DNA of 64,000 bases, from assembly GCA_021469345.1 (NCBI GenBank), contig GCA_021469345.1_3049.1; one strand, 5' to 3'. Position numbers and translations under genes: made by a program. Positions 19,925 to 31,410 of this stretch are shown piece by piece. Below the pieces are notes generated by a model. The model was not told the origin of the DNA and did not search any database. It worked only from the letters and a program-made list of their open reading frames with translations. Source of the stretch: a phage. Numbering within the stretch: position 1 is the stretch's first letter; the number at the start of each line of letters is the position of its first letter.

Positions 19925-19995
19925 AGCTATGAGGTCATACATCGTCATAGCACCAACTGTTAATTAAATTAAATTAAATTAAAAAGGAAATAAAA
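19925..19995 (+). promoter_or_regulatory. gene 32 translational operator / 5' leader with (UUAAA)n tract
   Basis: TTAAATTAAATTAAATTAAAAAGGAAATAAAAATG directly upstream of gene 32. Confidence 0.6.
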
Positions 19996-20901
19996 ATGTT
20001 TAAACGTAAATCTACTGCTGAACTCGCTGCACAAATGGCTAAACTGAATGGCAATAAAGGTTTTTCTTCTGAAGATAAAGGCGAGTGGAAACTGAAACTC
20101 GATAATGCGGGTAACGGTCAAGCAGTAATTCGTTTTCTTCCGTCTAAAAATGATGAACAAGCACCATTCGCAATTCTTGTAAATCACGGTTTCAAGAAAA
20201 ACGGTAAATGGTATATTGAAACATGTTCATCTACCCACGGTGATTACGATTCTTGTCCAGTATGTCAGTACATCAGTAAAAATGATTTGTACAACACTGA
20301 CAATAAAGAGTACAGTCTTGTTAAACGCAAAACTTCTTACTGGGCTAACATTCTTGTTGTAAAAGACCCAGCTGCTCCAGAAAACGAAGGTAAAGTATTT
20401 AAATATCGTTTCGGTAAGAAAATCTGGGATAAAATCAATGCAATGATTGCAGTTGATGTTGAAATGGGTGAAACTCCGGTTGATGTAACTTGTCCGTGGG
20501 AAGGTGCTAACTTTGTACTGAAAGTTAAACAAGTTTCTGGATTTAGTAACTACGATGAATCTAAATTCCTGAATCAATCTGCGATTCCAAACATTGACGA
20601 TGAATCTTTCCAGAAAGAACTGTTCGAACAAATGGTTGACCTTTCTGAAATGACTTCTAAAGATAAATTCAAATCGTTTGAAGAATTGAGCACTAAGTTC
20701 AGTCAAGTTATGGGAACTGCTGCTATGGGTGGTGCCGCAGCAACTGCCGCTAAGAAAGCTGATAAAGTTGCTGATGATTTGGATGCATTCAATGTTGATG
20801 ACTTCAAAACAAAAACTGAAGATGATTTTATGAGCTCAAGCTCTGGCAGTTCATCTGGTGCTGATGACACAGACCTGGATGACCTTTTGAATGACCTTTA
20901 A
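19996..20901 (+). CDS. 32: gp32 single-stranded DNA-binding protein
   Basis: 301 aa; [23 protein letters not shown]... and acidic Ser/Asp-rich C-terminus. Confidence 0.95.
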
Positions 20902-20923
20902 CAGATTATATTACTAATTAATT

Positions 20924-20950
20924 GGGGACCCTAGAGGTCCCCTTTTTTTA
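20924..20950 (+). terminator. rho-independent terminator after gene 32
   Basis: GGGGACC-CTAGA-GGTCCCC + T7. Confidence 0.75.
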
Positions 20951-20969
20951 TTTCAAAAATTTTTTCACA

Positions 20970-21012
20970 AAGCTGTTTACATCCCTGTTCTTCCATGGTA
21001 CTATACAACTAT
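20970..21012 (+). promoter_or_regulatory. T4-type early promoter (GTTTAC at 20975-20980)
   Basis: Conserved early promoter motif. Confidence 0.6.
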
Positions 21013-21047
21013 CGGCAATACTGCTGATGATTAAAGAGGAAAATAAT

Positions 21048-21275
21048 ATGGCTAAAGTTGATATTGACATCGTTGATTTTGAATATATTGAAGAGATTAT
21101 TCGTAATCGTTATCCTGAACTTAGTATCACAAGCGTGCAAGATTCTAAGTTTTGGAGTATTCAAATCGTTATTAAAGGTCCTCTTGAAGACCTCACCCTC
21201 TTTATGGCTAATGAATATTGTGATGACATGGGTTCTGAAGACGCAGAATTTTACATGGGATTGATTGAACAATAA
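21048..21275 (+). CDS. hypothetical acidic protein (75 aa), frd.3 position
   Basis: ATG at 21048; the track ORF 20922..21275 is an extension across the terminator and promoter. Confidence 0.5.
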   Translation: MAKVDIDIVDFEYIEEIIRNRYPELSITSVQDSKFWSIQIVIKGPLEDLTLFMANEYCDDMGSEDAEFYMGLIEQ

Positions 21276-21305
21276 TTATCAAGGGGCTATTAAGCCCCTA
21301 TTAAA

Positions 21306-21707
21306 ATGAGGAAAATCAAAATGGAAATCGGCAAAAAATACGAGTTAAATCCACACCGTATTAAATCTTTCATTGATATTAGTTCATCAAATGCTAATAT
21401 GGTCGGCATCATTCAAGAAAATGGTGGTTGGTTTGAAGTTAAATCAATATCAAGTTTAGATGGCTTTGATTATGTAACCGAAATCATTTGTGCTAATGGT
21501 GAAATCTATAATGATGATGGTATGGGTGATGATTATTTTGAACTTAGTGAAGAAGAGTTTTATTGTTTCCGCGAATATAAAGAACCAACTTCTGAAGAAG
21601 ATGAAGTCAAAGACAAGGTTTCTGGCGTAACAAAAATTCACTGCATTGTTGACGAAAACAATGTAGATGAAATCATTGAACTTTTGCGAAAAACTTTCAA
21701 AAAGTAG
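21306..21707 (+). CDS. hypothetical protein (133 aa; may start at 21321)
   Basis: ORF track; better SD before the second ATG. Confidence 0.5.
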   Translation: MRKIKMEIGKKYELNPHRIKSFIDISSSNANMVGIIQENGGWFEVKSISSLDGFDYVTEIICANGEIYNDDGMGDDYFELSEEEFYCFREYKEPTSEEDEVKDKVSGVTKIHCIVDENNVDEIIELLRKTFKK

Positions 21708-21742
21708 TTTACAGCAGGGTAGTAGTGTGATACTATTACCCT
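21703..21742 (+). promoter_or_regulatory. T4-type early promoter (GTTTAC at 21707-21712)
   Basis: Conserved early promoter motif. Confidence 0.5.
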
Positions 21743-21845
21743 ATCAAAACTAATGGAGAAAAGAAAATGTTAGCACCTTATATTATGGCAGCAGTTATGT
21801 TGGTTTGTTTATATCTTTTGATTAAAGCTTGCTAAGGAGAATAAA

Positions 21846-22088
21846 ATGAGATTACAACGTCAGAGCATCAAAGATTCAGAAGTTAGAGGTAAATGGTATT
21901 TTAATATCATCGGTAAAGATTCTGAGCTTGTTGAAAAAGCTGAACACCTTTTACGTGATATGGGATGGGAAGATGAATGCGATGGATGTCCTCTGTATGA
22001 AGACGGAGAAAGCGCAGGATTCTGGATTTACCATTCTGACGTTGAACAGTTTAAAGCTGATTGGAAAATTGTGAAAAAGTCTGTTTAA
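21846..22088 (+). CDS. hypothetical protein (80 aa)
   Basis: ORF track; SD AAGGAGA. Confidence 0.5.
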   Translation: MRLQRQSIKDSEVRGKWYFNIIGKDSELVEKAEHLLRDMGWEDECDGCPLYEDGESAGFWIYHSDVEQFKADWKIVKKSV

Positions 22089-22098
22089 GGAAAATAAT

Positions 22099-23295
<1,197 letters not shown>

Positions 23296-23340
23296 TTATT
23301 TAGCTTCATAAAATGTATTATAATTTATATAAGGTACTAA

Positions 23341-23889
23341 ATGAAACAATACCAAGATTTAATTAAAGACATTTTTGAAAATGGCTATGAAATCGATGAC
23401 CGAACAGGTACAGGAACAATTGCTTTGTTCGGTACTAAATTGCGTTGGGATTTAACTAAAGGTTTTCCTGCAGTAACAACTAAGAAGCTCGCCTGGAAAG
23501 CTTGCATTGCTGAGCTAATATGGTTTTTATCAGGAAGCACAAATGTCAATGATTTACGATTAATTCAACACAATTCATTAATTCAAGGCAAAACAGTCTG
23601 GGATGAAAATTACGAAAATCAAGCAAAAGATTTAGGATATCATAGTGGTGAACTTGGTCCAATTTATGGAAAACAATGGCGTGATTTTGGCGGTGTAGAC
23701 CAAATTATAGAAGTTGTTGATCGTATTAAAAAACTACCAAATGATAGACGTCAAATTGTTTCTGCATGGAATCCAGCTGAAATCAATCAAATGGCATTGC
23801 CGCCCTGTCATATGTTCTATCAGTTTAATGTGCGTAATGGTTATCTTGATTTACAATGGTACCAGCGTTCTGTGGATGTATTCTTAGGT
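23341..23889 (+). CDS. td: thymidylate synthase, exon 1
   Basis: 183 codons ending ...QRSVDVFLG; 5' exon ends in U before the intron. Confidence 0.9.
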
Positions 23890-24904
23890 TAATTTAGGCC
23901 TGGGTATAAGGTGACTTATACTTGTAATCTATCTAAACGGGGGACCTCTCTAGTAGACAATCCCGTGCTAAATTGTAGGACTGCCCTTTAATAAATACTT
24001 CTATATAAAAGAGGTATTTATGAAAAGTGGAATTTATCAGATTAAAAACACTTTAAATGGTAAAGTGTATGTTGGAAGTGCTAAAGATTTTGAGAAAAGA
24101 TGGAAGAGACATTTTAAAGACCTTGAAAATGGTGTTCATTCTTCTATAAAATTTCAAAGGTCTTTTAATAAATACGGTAATGTTTTTGAATGCTCTATAC
24201 TGGAAGAAATTCCATATGAGAAAGATTTGATTATTGAACGAGAAAATTTTTGGATTAACGAGCTAAATTCTAAAATTAATGGATATAATATCGCCGATGC
24301 GTCCTTTGGTGATACATTTTCAAATCATCCATTAAAGGAAGAAATTGCTAAGAAACGAGCTGAAACGGTTAAAGCCAAGATGCTTAAGCTTGGATCTGAT
24401 GGTCGAAAAGCTATTTATGGTAAACACGGAAGTAAAAATGGTAGATGGAATCCGGAAAACCACAAGTTTTGTAAATGTGGTGTTCGTATACCAACTTCAG
24501 CCGACACCTGTGGAAAGTGTCGAAAACGTTCAGGTGAAAATAACCCGTTCTTTAATCATAGGCATTCAGAAAAAACTAAAACTAAACTATCAGAAAAGAT
24601 GAAAGGCAAAAAGCCATCTAACATCAAAAAGATTTCATGCGATGGGATTATTTTTGAATGTGCAGCCGATGCAGCTAGACATTTTGAAATTTCATCCGGA
24701 TTAGTTACTTACCGTGTAAAATCTGATAAGTGGAATTGGTTCTACATAAATGCCTAACGACTATCCCTTTAGGGAGTAGGGTCAAGTGACTCGAAACGAT
24801 AGACAACTTGCTTTAACAAGTTGGAGATATAGTCTGCTCTGCATGGCGACATGCAGCTGGATATAATTCCGGGATAAGATTAACGACCTTATCTGAACAT
24901 AATG
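23890..24904 (+). mobile_element. td group I self-splicing intron (1015 nt) with homing endonuclease ORF
   Basis: Starts TAATTTAGGCCTGGGTATAAGG..., ends ...CTGAACATAATG; exon 2 resumes LPFNIASYA. Confidence 0.85.
24020..24757 (+). CDS. I-TevI GIY-YIG homing endonuclease
   Basis: 245 aa; GIYQIKNTLNGKVYVGSA N-terminus and zinc finger CKCGVRIPTSADTCGKC. Confidence 0.9.
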   Translation: MKSGIYQIKNTLNGKVYVGSAKDFEKRWKRHFKDLENGVHSSIKFQRSFNKYGNVFECSILEEIPYEKDLIIERENFWINELNSKINGYNIADASFGDTFSNHPLKEEIAKKRAETVKAKMLKLGSDGRKAIYGKHGSKNGRWNPENHKFCKCGVRIPTSADTCGKCRKRSGENNPFFNHRHSEKTKTKLSEKMKGKKPSNIKKISCDGIIFECAADAARHFEISSGLVTYRVKSDKWNWFYINA

Positions 24905-25216
24905 CTACCGTTCAACATTGCATCATATGCTGCGTTAGTTCATATTGTAGCTAAGATGTGTAATCTTATTCCAGGAGATTTGATATTTTCCGGTGGTAAT
25001 ACTCATATCTATATGAATCATGTCGAACAATGTAAAGAAATTTTGCGTCGTGAACCTAAAGAGCTTTGTGAACTGGTAATAGGCGGATTGCCTTATAAAT
25101 TCCGTTATCTTTCTACTAAAGAACAATTGGAATATGTTCTTAAACTCAGGCCTAAAGATTTCGTTCTCAAAGATTATCAGTCCCACGGTGTTTTGAAAGG
25201 AAAAATGGCGGTGTAA
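24905..25216 (+). CDS. td: thymidylate synthase, exon 2
   Basis: 103 codons; joined product is 286 aa. Confidence 0.9.
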   Translation, partial: LPFNIASYAALVHIVAKMCNLIPGDLIFSGGNTHIYMNHVEQCKEILRREPKELCELVIGGLPYKFRYLSTKEQLEYVLKLRPKDFVLKDYQSHGVLKGKMAV

Positions 25217-25224
25217 TTTTATTA

Positions 25225-25500
25225 TTGCGAGGATGTATGATTTTACGATTTAAAGATACTTCTGGTGTTGTTCTTTTTACACTTCCTAACCCAAGCGAGT
25301 TAGAAGTTCCAGGACCAGAACAGCCTATTACCATTTATGGTAAAAAATACTATACTCATAAAATGACTCGTGAGTATTTTGACAATAAAATTTCCACAGT
25401 TAAAACTTCTTCTGACTGTTACTACGATATTACTGTTTTAACGGAAGAACAATATGAACACCTACAACCGCGCGGGCCGTCTATGCCGGGTAGTGAATAA
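25225..25500 (+). CDS. hypothetical protein (91 aa)
   Basis: ORF track. Confidence 0.45.
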   Translation: MRGCMILRFKDTSGVVLFTLPNPSELEVPGPEQPITIYGKKYYTHKMTREYFDNKISTVKTSSDCYYDITVLTEEQYEHLQPRGPSMPGSE

Positions 25501-25780
25501 ATATAAATCCGACTTTGATGTTAATATTCACCGTGGTACATTTTGGGGAAATTACGTCGGTAAAGATGCTGGCAGCCGGGAGGCTGCCATTGAATTATTC
25601 AAAAAAGATTTTATACGTCGAATTAAATCTGGAGAAATAACTAAAGCACATTTAGAGCCTTTACGTGGAATGAGGCTAGGATGCACATGTAAACCAAAGC
25701 CGTGTCATGGTGATATAATAGCTCATATAGTTAACCGATTGTTTAAAGACGATTTTCAAGTTGAGGACTTATGCAATTAA
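25454..25780 (+). CDS. hypothetical Cys/His-motif protein (108 aa; [13 protein letters not shown])
   Basis: ORF track; overlaps the preceding ORF by 47 nt in another frame. Confidence 0.45.
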   Translation: MNTYNRAGRLCRVVNKYKSDFDVNIHRGTFWGNYVGKDAGSREAAIELFKKDFIRRIKSGEITKAHLEPLRGMRLGCTCKPKPCHGDIIAHIVNRLFKDDFQVEDLCN

Positions 25781-28035
25781 TTAATGTTATCAAAAGTAGT
25801 GGTGTTTCTCAGAGCTTTGACCCGCAAAAAATTATTAAAGTTTTATCTTGGGCAGCTGAAGGAACATCAGTCGATCCTTATGAATTATATGAAAATATTA
25901 AATCTTATCTCCGTGATGGAATGACAACTGATGATATTCAGACTATTGTCATTAAGGCTGCTGCGAATTCTATTTCAGTTGAAGAGCCTGATTATCAATA
26001 TGTAGCTGCACGTTGTTTAATGTTTGCTCTTCGTAAGCATGTTTACGGGCAGTATGAACCGCGTTCATTTATTGACCATATTTCTTACTGTGTAAATGAA
26101 GGTAAATACGACCCTGAATTATTGTCAAAATATTCAGCAGAAGAAATTACATTTTTAGAATCAAAAATTAAGCACGAACGGGATATGGAATTTACTTATT
26201 CCGGGGCGATGCAATTAAAAGAAAAATATCTAGTTAAAGATAAAACCACTGGTCAAATTTATGAAACTCCGCAGTTTGCATTTATGACTATTGGAATGGC
26301 ATTGCATCAAGATGAACCTGTTGATAGATTAAAACATGTTATTCGTTTTTATGAAGCAGTATCTACTCGACAGATTTCACTGCCAACTCCTATTATGGCT
26401 GGTTGTCGTACTCCGACTCGACAGTTTAGTTCATGCGTTGTTATTGAGGCAGGAGATTCATTGAAGTCTATCAATAAGGCTTCCGCTTCAATTGTTGAAT
26501 ATATCTCTAAACGCGCTGGAATTGGTATTAACGTTGGTATGATTCGTGCTGAAGGTTCTAAGATTGGCATGGGTGAAGTACGCCATACTGGTGTTATTCC
26601 TTTTTGGAAACATTTTCAGACTGCTGTTAAATCATGCTCACAGGGTGGAATTCGTGGCGGCGCTGCTACTGCTTATTATCCTATTTGGCATTTGGAAGTT
26701 GAAAATCTTCTCGTTTTGAAAAATAACAAAGGCGTAGAAGAAAACCGTATCCGTCATATGGATTATGGTGTTCAGCTGAATGACCTGATGATGGAACGTT
26801 TTGGAAAGAACGATTACATTACTTTGTTCAGTCCACACGAAATGGGTGGAGAGCTGTATTATTCTTATTTTAAAGACCAAGACCGTTTCCGTGAATTATA
26901 CGAAGCAGCAGAAAAAGACCCTAATATTCGTAAAAAGCGTATTAAAGCCCGTGAACTATTTGAATTGCTCATGACTGAACGTTCAGGAACAGCAAGGATT
27001 TATGTGCAGTTCATTGATAATACAAATAACTACACTCCGTTTATTCGTGAAAAGGCACCTATTCGTCAGAGTAACTTGTGTTGTGAAATTGCTATTCCAA
27101 CAAATGATGTGAATAGCCCTGATGCTGAAATTGGATTGTGTACCCTTAGCGCATTTGTGTTGGATAACTTCGATTGGCAAGACCAAGATAAAATTAATGA
27201 ATTGGCAGAAGTTCAAGTTCGTGCTCTTGATAATCTTTTGGATTACCAAGGATATCCAGTTCCTGAAGCAGAAAAAGCTAAAAAGCGTCGTAACCTCGGT
27301 GTAGGTGTTACTAACTATGCAGCTTGGCTGGCAAGTAACTTTGCTTCTTATGAAGATGCTAACGATTTAACACATGAACTATTTGAGAGATTACAGTATG
27401 GACTCATTAAAGCATCCATTAAGCTCGCCAAAGAAAAAGGACCTTGCGAATATTATTCAGACACTCGTTGGTCTCGAGGCGAATTACCTATCGACTGGTA
27501 CAATAAAAAGATTGACCAAATCGCAGCTCCAAAATACGTTTGTGACTGGTCGTCGCTGCGGGAAGACCTTAAGCTCTTTGGCATCCGTAATAGCACATTA
27601 TCAGCACTTATGCCATGTGAGTCATCTTCCCAAGTTTCTAACAGTACAAACGGTATCGAGCCTCCACGTGGACCAGTCTCTGTTAAAGAATCAAAAGAGG
27701 GCTCCTTTAATCAAGTCGTGCCCAATATTGAGCATAACATAGACCTCTATGATTATACATGGAAATTAGCTAAGAAAGGTAATAAACCTTATCTTACGCA
27801 GGTAGCTATTATGCTGAAATGGGTATGTCAATCAGCTTCAGCGAATACATACTATGACCCACAGATTTTTCCAAAAGGAAAGGTTCCAATGTCAATAATG
27901 ATTGATGACCTTTTGTATTTTTGGTATTTTGGCGGAAAAAATTTCTATTATCATAATACCCGTGATGGTTCTGGTACTGATGATTATGAAATAGAAACTC
28001 CAAAAGCTGAAGATTGTTCATCCTGTAAATTATGA
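25771..28035 (+). CDS. nrdA: ribonucleotide reductase large subunit
   Basis: 754 aa; N-terminal ATP-cone; length equals T4 NrdA. Confidence 0.95.
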   Translation: MQLINVIKSSGVSQSFDPQKIIKVLSWAAEGTSVDPYELYENIKSYLRDGMTTDDIQTIVIKAAANSISVEEPDYQYVAARCLMFALRKHVYGQYEPRSFIDHISYCVNEGKYDPELLSKYSAEEITFLESKIKHERDMEFTYSGAMQLKEKYLVKDKTTGQIYETPQFAFMTIGMALHQDEPVDRLKHVIRFYEAVSTRQISLPTPIMAGCRTPTRQFSSCVVIEAGDSLKSINKASASIVEYISKRAGIGINVGMIRAEGSKIGMGEVRHTGVIPFWKHFQTAVKSCSQGGIRGGAATAYYPIWHLEVENLLVLKNNKGVEENRIRHMDYGVQLNDLMMERFGKNDYITLFSPHEMGGELYYSYFKDQDRFRELYEAAEKDPNIRKKRIKARELFELLMTERSGTARIYVQFIDNTNNYTPFIREKAPIRQSNLCCEIAIPTNDVNSPDAEIGLCTLSAFVLDNFDWQDQDKINELAEVQVRALDNLLDYQGYPVPEAEKAKKRRNLGVGVTNYAAWLASNFASYEDANDLTHELFERLQYGLIKASIKLAKEKGPCEYYSDTRWSRGELPIDWYNKKIDQIAAPKYVCDWSSLREDLKLFGIRNSTLSALMPCESSSQVSNSTNGIEPPRGPVSVKESKEGSFNQVVPNIEHNIDLYDYTWKLAKKGNKPYLTQVAIMLKWVCQSASANTYYDPQIFPKGKVPMSIMIDDLLYFWYFGGKNFYYHNTRDGSGTDDYEIETPKAEDCSSCKL

Positions 28036-28051
28036 TATAATTACCACAAGG

Positions 28052-29644
28052 ATGTGGTTAACTAAGAATAACGCTATGTTTGATAATATATACAAAAACG
28101 GAAAGTTTCTTCCATTTGGAGAAGAAAAACTTAAATCTAGACTAACAGAAGAAGATAAAGCTCTTCTAACTGATGGAATAGATTTTAAGCTCAATGTGTT
28201 TCAAATTATGGAAGGCATTGACATTAACGATCTAAAATGTGCAGTTTGTGGAAATTTCATTTCTCTGAAAACAGCAAAGAAACGTGTATTTCCAGCAACA
28301 TGTAGTAAATCCTGCTCAGGGATATTTTTCGCGGATAAGAGAATTCAAAGCCGTGATACAAATTTTGGCGGAAAAGAAAAATATAAAAAATATTTGTCTG
28401 AACTTCAACACAAAAATTCTTTAGAAAAATATGGAACAACTCATCAAAAAATTTCAAGAAATAAAAATAGAAAAACTTTAATTGAACGATATGGGGTAAC
28501 GCATAATTCACAATTAGAAAGTGTGAAAGAAGCGAGAAAAGTTATAGAAAACGGTAAATCAGTTGATATTCTGCATTCTAAAAAATCTCGCGAAAAATCT
28601 AAGAAGACTAAATTAAATTGGACTGAAGAATATAAGGCATCGTTATATTCATCTATAGGAAAATCTATTAAAAATAACGGTCATATTAATCATGATATAC
28701 TAGATAAAATCAATTACAAAATTTCTATAGAAGAACTACAACAATTAGCAAATTGTTCTCGGATGACGGCTTATAGAGCTCTTTCATCCAAAGGACTAAT
28801 TGACGTTCATTATACTCAAAGTTCTATAGAGCAATTCATTTTAGATCTAGGATTTGATTGCGTAGAAACTAGAAAAATTATTCCTCCGTATGAATTAGAT
28901 ATTTACATTCCTGAGAAAAAATTGGCTATAGAATACGATGGAATTTATTGGCATTCTAGCGGGTCAAAGGAAACAGATAAAATTAAAGAAACTTATCATT
29001 TGATGAAGACAGAGATGTGTGAAGCACAAGGAATTCAATTACTTCACATCTTCGAAAATGAATGGATTGATGATACAAAAAGAGAGATCTGGAAATCCAT
29101 TATAAAGCATAAATTAGGATTATCAGAAAGAATACCAGCCCGAAAATGCAAAGCGCGTTTTGTTAATAAGGATGAGGCAAAAGAATTTATTAATAAGAAT
29201 CATCTTCAAGGATTTTGCTCGGGAGCTCATACGTATAAAGGACTTTATTACAATAATGAGTTAGTTCAAATTATTTCTATCGGTAAATCTAGATATAGCA
29301 CAGGTGATGAACTTTTAAGGATGTGTTCAAAATTGGGGGTTTGTGTTGTAGGAGGAGCCTCAAAATTATTAAAAGGAATTAATTGTCTATCTTATGGCAA
29401 TCGAAGATGGTGCAGTACATTATCAAATGTTTATGACTCTGTCATGGAATTTAGTCATATCTCTGAGCCATGTTATTGGTACGTCGATAAAGGAGAGGTA
29501 TTTCACCGCTCAAGCTATATGAAACATAAGCTTAAAAACAAGCTTAAAAATTATGATGATACAATAACTGAAGTAGAAAATTGTTATGCAAATGGTCTTA
29601 GAAGAATCTGGGACTGTGGAAATTTAGTTTACAGGACAAAATAA
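28052..29644 (+). CDS. 530-aa putative freestanding homing-endonuclease-like protein (zinc ribbon + Vsr/DUF559-like nuclease motif)
   Basis: CAVCGNF...CSKSC ribbon, repeated YG(T/V)THxxQ motifs, and YELDIYIPEKKLAIEYDGIYWH; sits where T4 carries mobE. Confidence 0.5.
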   Translation: MWLTKNNAMFDNIYKNGKFLPFGEEKLKSRLTEEDKALLTDGIDFKLNVFQIMEGIDINDLKCAVCGNFISLKTAKKRVFPATCSKSCSGIFFADKRIQSRDTNFGGKEKYKKYLSELQHKNSLEKYGTTHQKISRNKNRKTLIERYGVTHNSQLESVKEARKVIENGKSVDILHSKKSREKSKKTKLNWTEEYKASLYSSIGKSIKNNGHINHDILDKINYKISIEELQQLANCSRMTAYRALSSKGLIDVHYTQSSIEQFILDLGFDCVETRKIIPPYELDIYIPEKKLAIEYDGIYWHSSGSKETDKIKETYHLMKTEMCEAQGIQLLHIFENEWIDDTKREIWKSIIKHKLGLSERIPARKCKARFVNKDEAKEFINKNHLQGFCSGAHTYKGLYYNNELVQIISIGKSRYSTGDELLRMCSKLGVCVVGGASKLLKGINCLSYGNRRWCSTLSNVYDSVMEFSHISEPCYWYVDKGEVFHRSSYMKHKLKNKLKNYDDTITEVENCYANGLRRIWDCGNLVYRTK

Positions 29645-30319
29645 TGAGTACAGTTTTTAATACTAAACAGGTTGATGTTTTAACAGAACCCATGTTTTTT
29701 GGGTCTGGTCTTGGAATTGCGCGTTATGATATTCAACGACATAGGGTATTTGAAGAACTTATTGAACGTCAGCTCTCGTTTTTCTGGCGTCCTGAAGAAG
29801 TAAACTTGATGATGGATGCTACTCAATTTAATAAGCTTCCTCAGTATCAACAAAATATTTTTACTAATAATCTGAAGTATCAATCATTACTTGATAGTAT
29901 TCAAGGACGTGCGCCGTCTGCTGTACTTATGCCATTGCTTTCAGACCCAAGCCTTGATACATGGGTTGCTACGTGGACTTTTAGTGAAACTATTCACAGC
30001 CGTTCATATACACATATCATGCGAAATCTTTATACTGATCCATCGAAGGTATTTGATGAGATTGTATTAGATGAAGCTATTATGAAACGTGCTGAATCCA
30101 TTGGACGTTATTATGATGATGTTCTGATTAAAACCCGTGAATGGGAAAATGCTAAAGAATTTGTAGAACTAGCTAAAGAATCTCCTGATGCTGATTTTCG
30201 TTTAAACCGAGCTATTAAACAAGAAGCCGAAGCTAAACGTGCTTTAATGAAGTCTCTTTATCTCTGTTTGCACGTTATTAATGCCTTAGAAGCTATTCGT
30301 TTTTATGTATCTTTTGCGT
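29644..30319 (+). CDS. nrdB: ribonucleotide reductase small subunit, exon 1 (splice site inferred)
   Basis: Ends ...EAIRFYVSFA plus T; the in-frame stop begins the intron. Confidence 0.8.
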
Positions 30320-30402
30320 AAAATGCGCCTTTAAACGGTAACGTTTATCGAAAACTCCTTTAATTGCTGGAAAGTCCTTTATAGGAAAACTAGCAGCCAA
30401 GG

Positions 30403-30437
30403 TTTTGCTTGCACCTTTAATTAGTATAATATAAATA
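30403..30437 (+). promoter_or_regulatory. intron-internal promoters for I-TevIII: MotA-box-like TTTGCTTG + TATAAT, then late TATAAATA (30430-30437)
   Basis: TGCTT 14 nt upstream of TATAAT; exact TATAAATA overlapping it. Confidence 0.5.
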
Positions 30438-30464
30438 TGATTATACTTTTAAGAGGATGCACAA

Positions 30465-31274
30465 TTGAACTATAGAAAAATTTGGATAGATGCTAACGGA
30501 CCTATACCTAAAGATTCTGATGGAAGAACATACGAAATCCATCATAAAGACGGTAACCGTGAAAATAATGATTTAGATAATTTGATGTGCCTTTCTATAC
30601 AGGAACATTATGATATACATTTAGCTCAAAAAGATTACCAGGCTTGTCATGCTATAAAGCTTAGAATGAAATATTCTCCTGAAGAAATTTCTGAATTAGC
30701 TTCTAAAGCCGCAAAATCTAGAGAAATCCAGATTTTTAATATCCCTGAAGTACGAGCTAAAAACATTGCCTCTATTAAATCTAAGATAGAAAATGGTACA
30801 TTTCATCTTTTAGACGGTGAAATACAGCGTAAATCTAATTTAAATAGAGTTGCATTAGGTATACATAATTTTCAACAAGCTGAGCATATTGCAAAAGTTA
30901 AAGAACGCAATATTGCAGCTATAAAAGAAGGTACTCATGTATTTTGCGGTGGTAAAATGCAGTCAGAAACTCAATCAAAACGGGTAAATGACGGTTCACA
31001 TCATTTCTTGTCAGAAGACCATAAGAAAAGAACATCAGCAAAAACATTAGAAATGGTTAAGAACGGGACCCATCCTGCACAAAAAGAAATCACATGTGAT
31101 TTCTGCGGTCACATTGGTAAAGGTCCTGGATTTTATCTAAAACATAATGACAGATGTAAATTAAATCCAAATAGAATTCAATTGAATTGTCCATATTGTG
31201 ATAAGAAAGATTTATCACCATCAACATATAAACGATGGCACGGCGACAATTGCAAAGCAAGGTTCAACGACTAG
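30465..31274 (+). CDS. I-TevIII-like H-N-H homing endonuclease, full length (269 aa)
   Basis: H-N-H-like YEIHHKDGNRENNDLDNLMCL and C-terminal CDFCGH...CPYCDKK zinc motifs; apparent TTG start after SD AAGAGGA. Confidence 0.75.
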   Translation: MNYRKIWIDANGPIPKDSDGRTYEIHHKDGNRENNDLDNLMCLSIQEHYDIHLAQKDYQACHAIKLRMKYSPEEISELASKAAKSREIQIFNIPEVRAKNIASIKSKIENGTFHLLDGEIQRKSNLNRVALGIHNFQQAEHIAKVKERNIAAIKEGTHVFCGGKMQSETQSKRVNDGSHHFLSEDHKKRTSAKTLEMVKNGTHPAQKEITCDFCGHIGKGPGFYLKHNDRCKLNPNRIQLNCPYCDKKDLSPSTYKRWHGDNCKARFND

Positions 31275-31410
31275 TCTTCGGACGTAGGGTCAAGCGACTC
31301 GAAATGGGGAGAATCCCTCTGGGATTGTGATATAGTCTGGTCTGCATAGTAATATGTAGCAGTTCATAAGAGAACGGGTTGAGAATTAGCGAGCTCAATC
31401 GAACATAACG

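Larger units (their letters stand above)
30320..31410 (+). mobile_element. nrdB group I intron (~1091 nt, boundaries inferred) with full-length endonuclease ORF
   Basis: Joining 30319 to 31411 restores ...YVSFA-C-TFNFHKNMEIMEGNAK..., matching the conserved R2 motif; intron ends in G. Confidence 0.7.

Noticed and set aside
19961-19985. Short tandem repeat TTAAA x4 considered as a possible CRISPR-like or satellite repeat
   Set aside because: Far too short, with no spacers. It fits the gene 32 translational operator.
20922-21047. N-terminal extension of track ORF 20922..21275
   Set aside because: It begins with TTG inside the gene 32 terminator hairpin and runs through a promoter. The ATG at 21048 with its SD is the plausible start.
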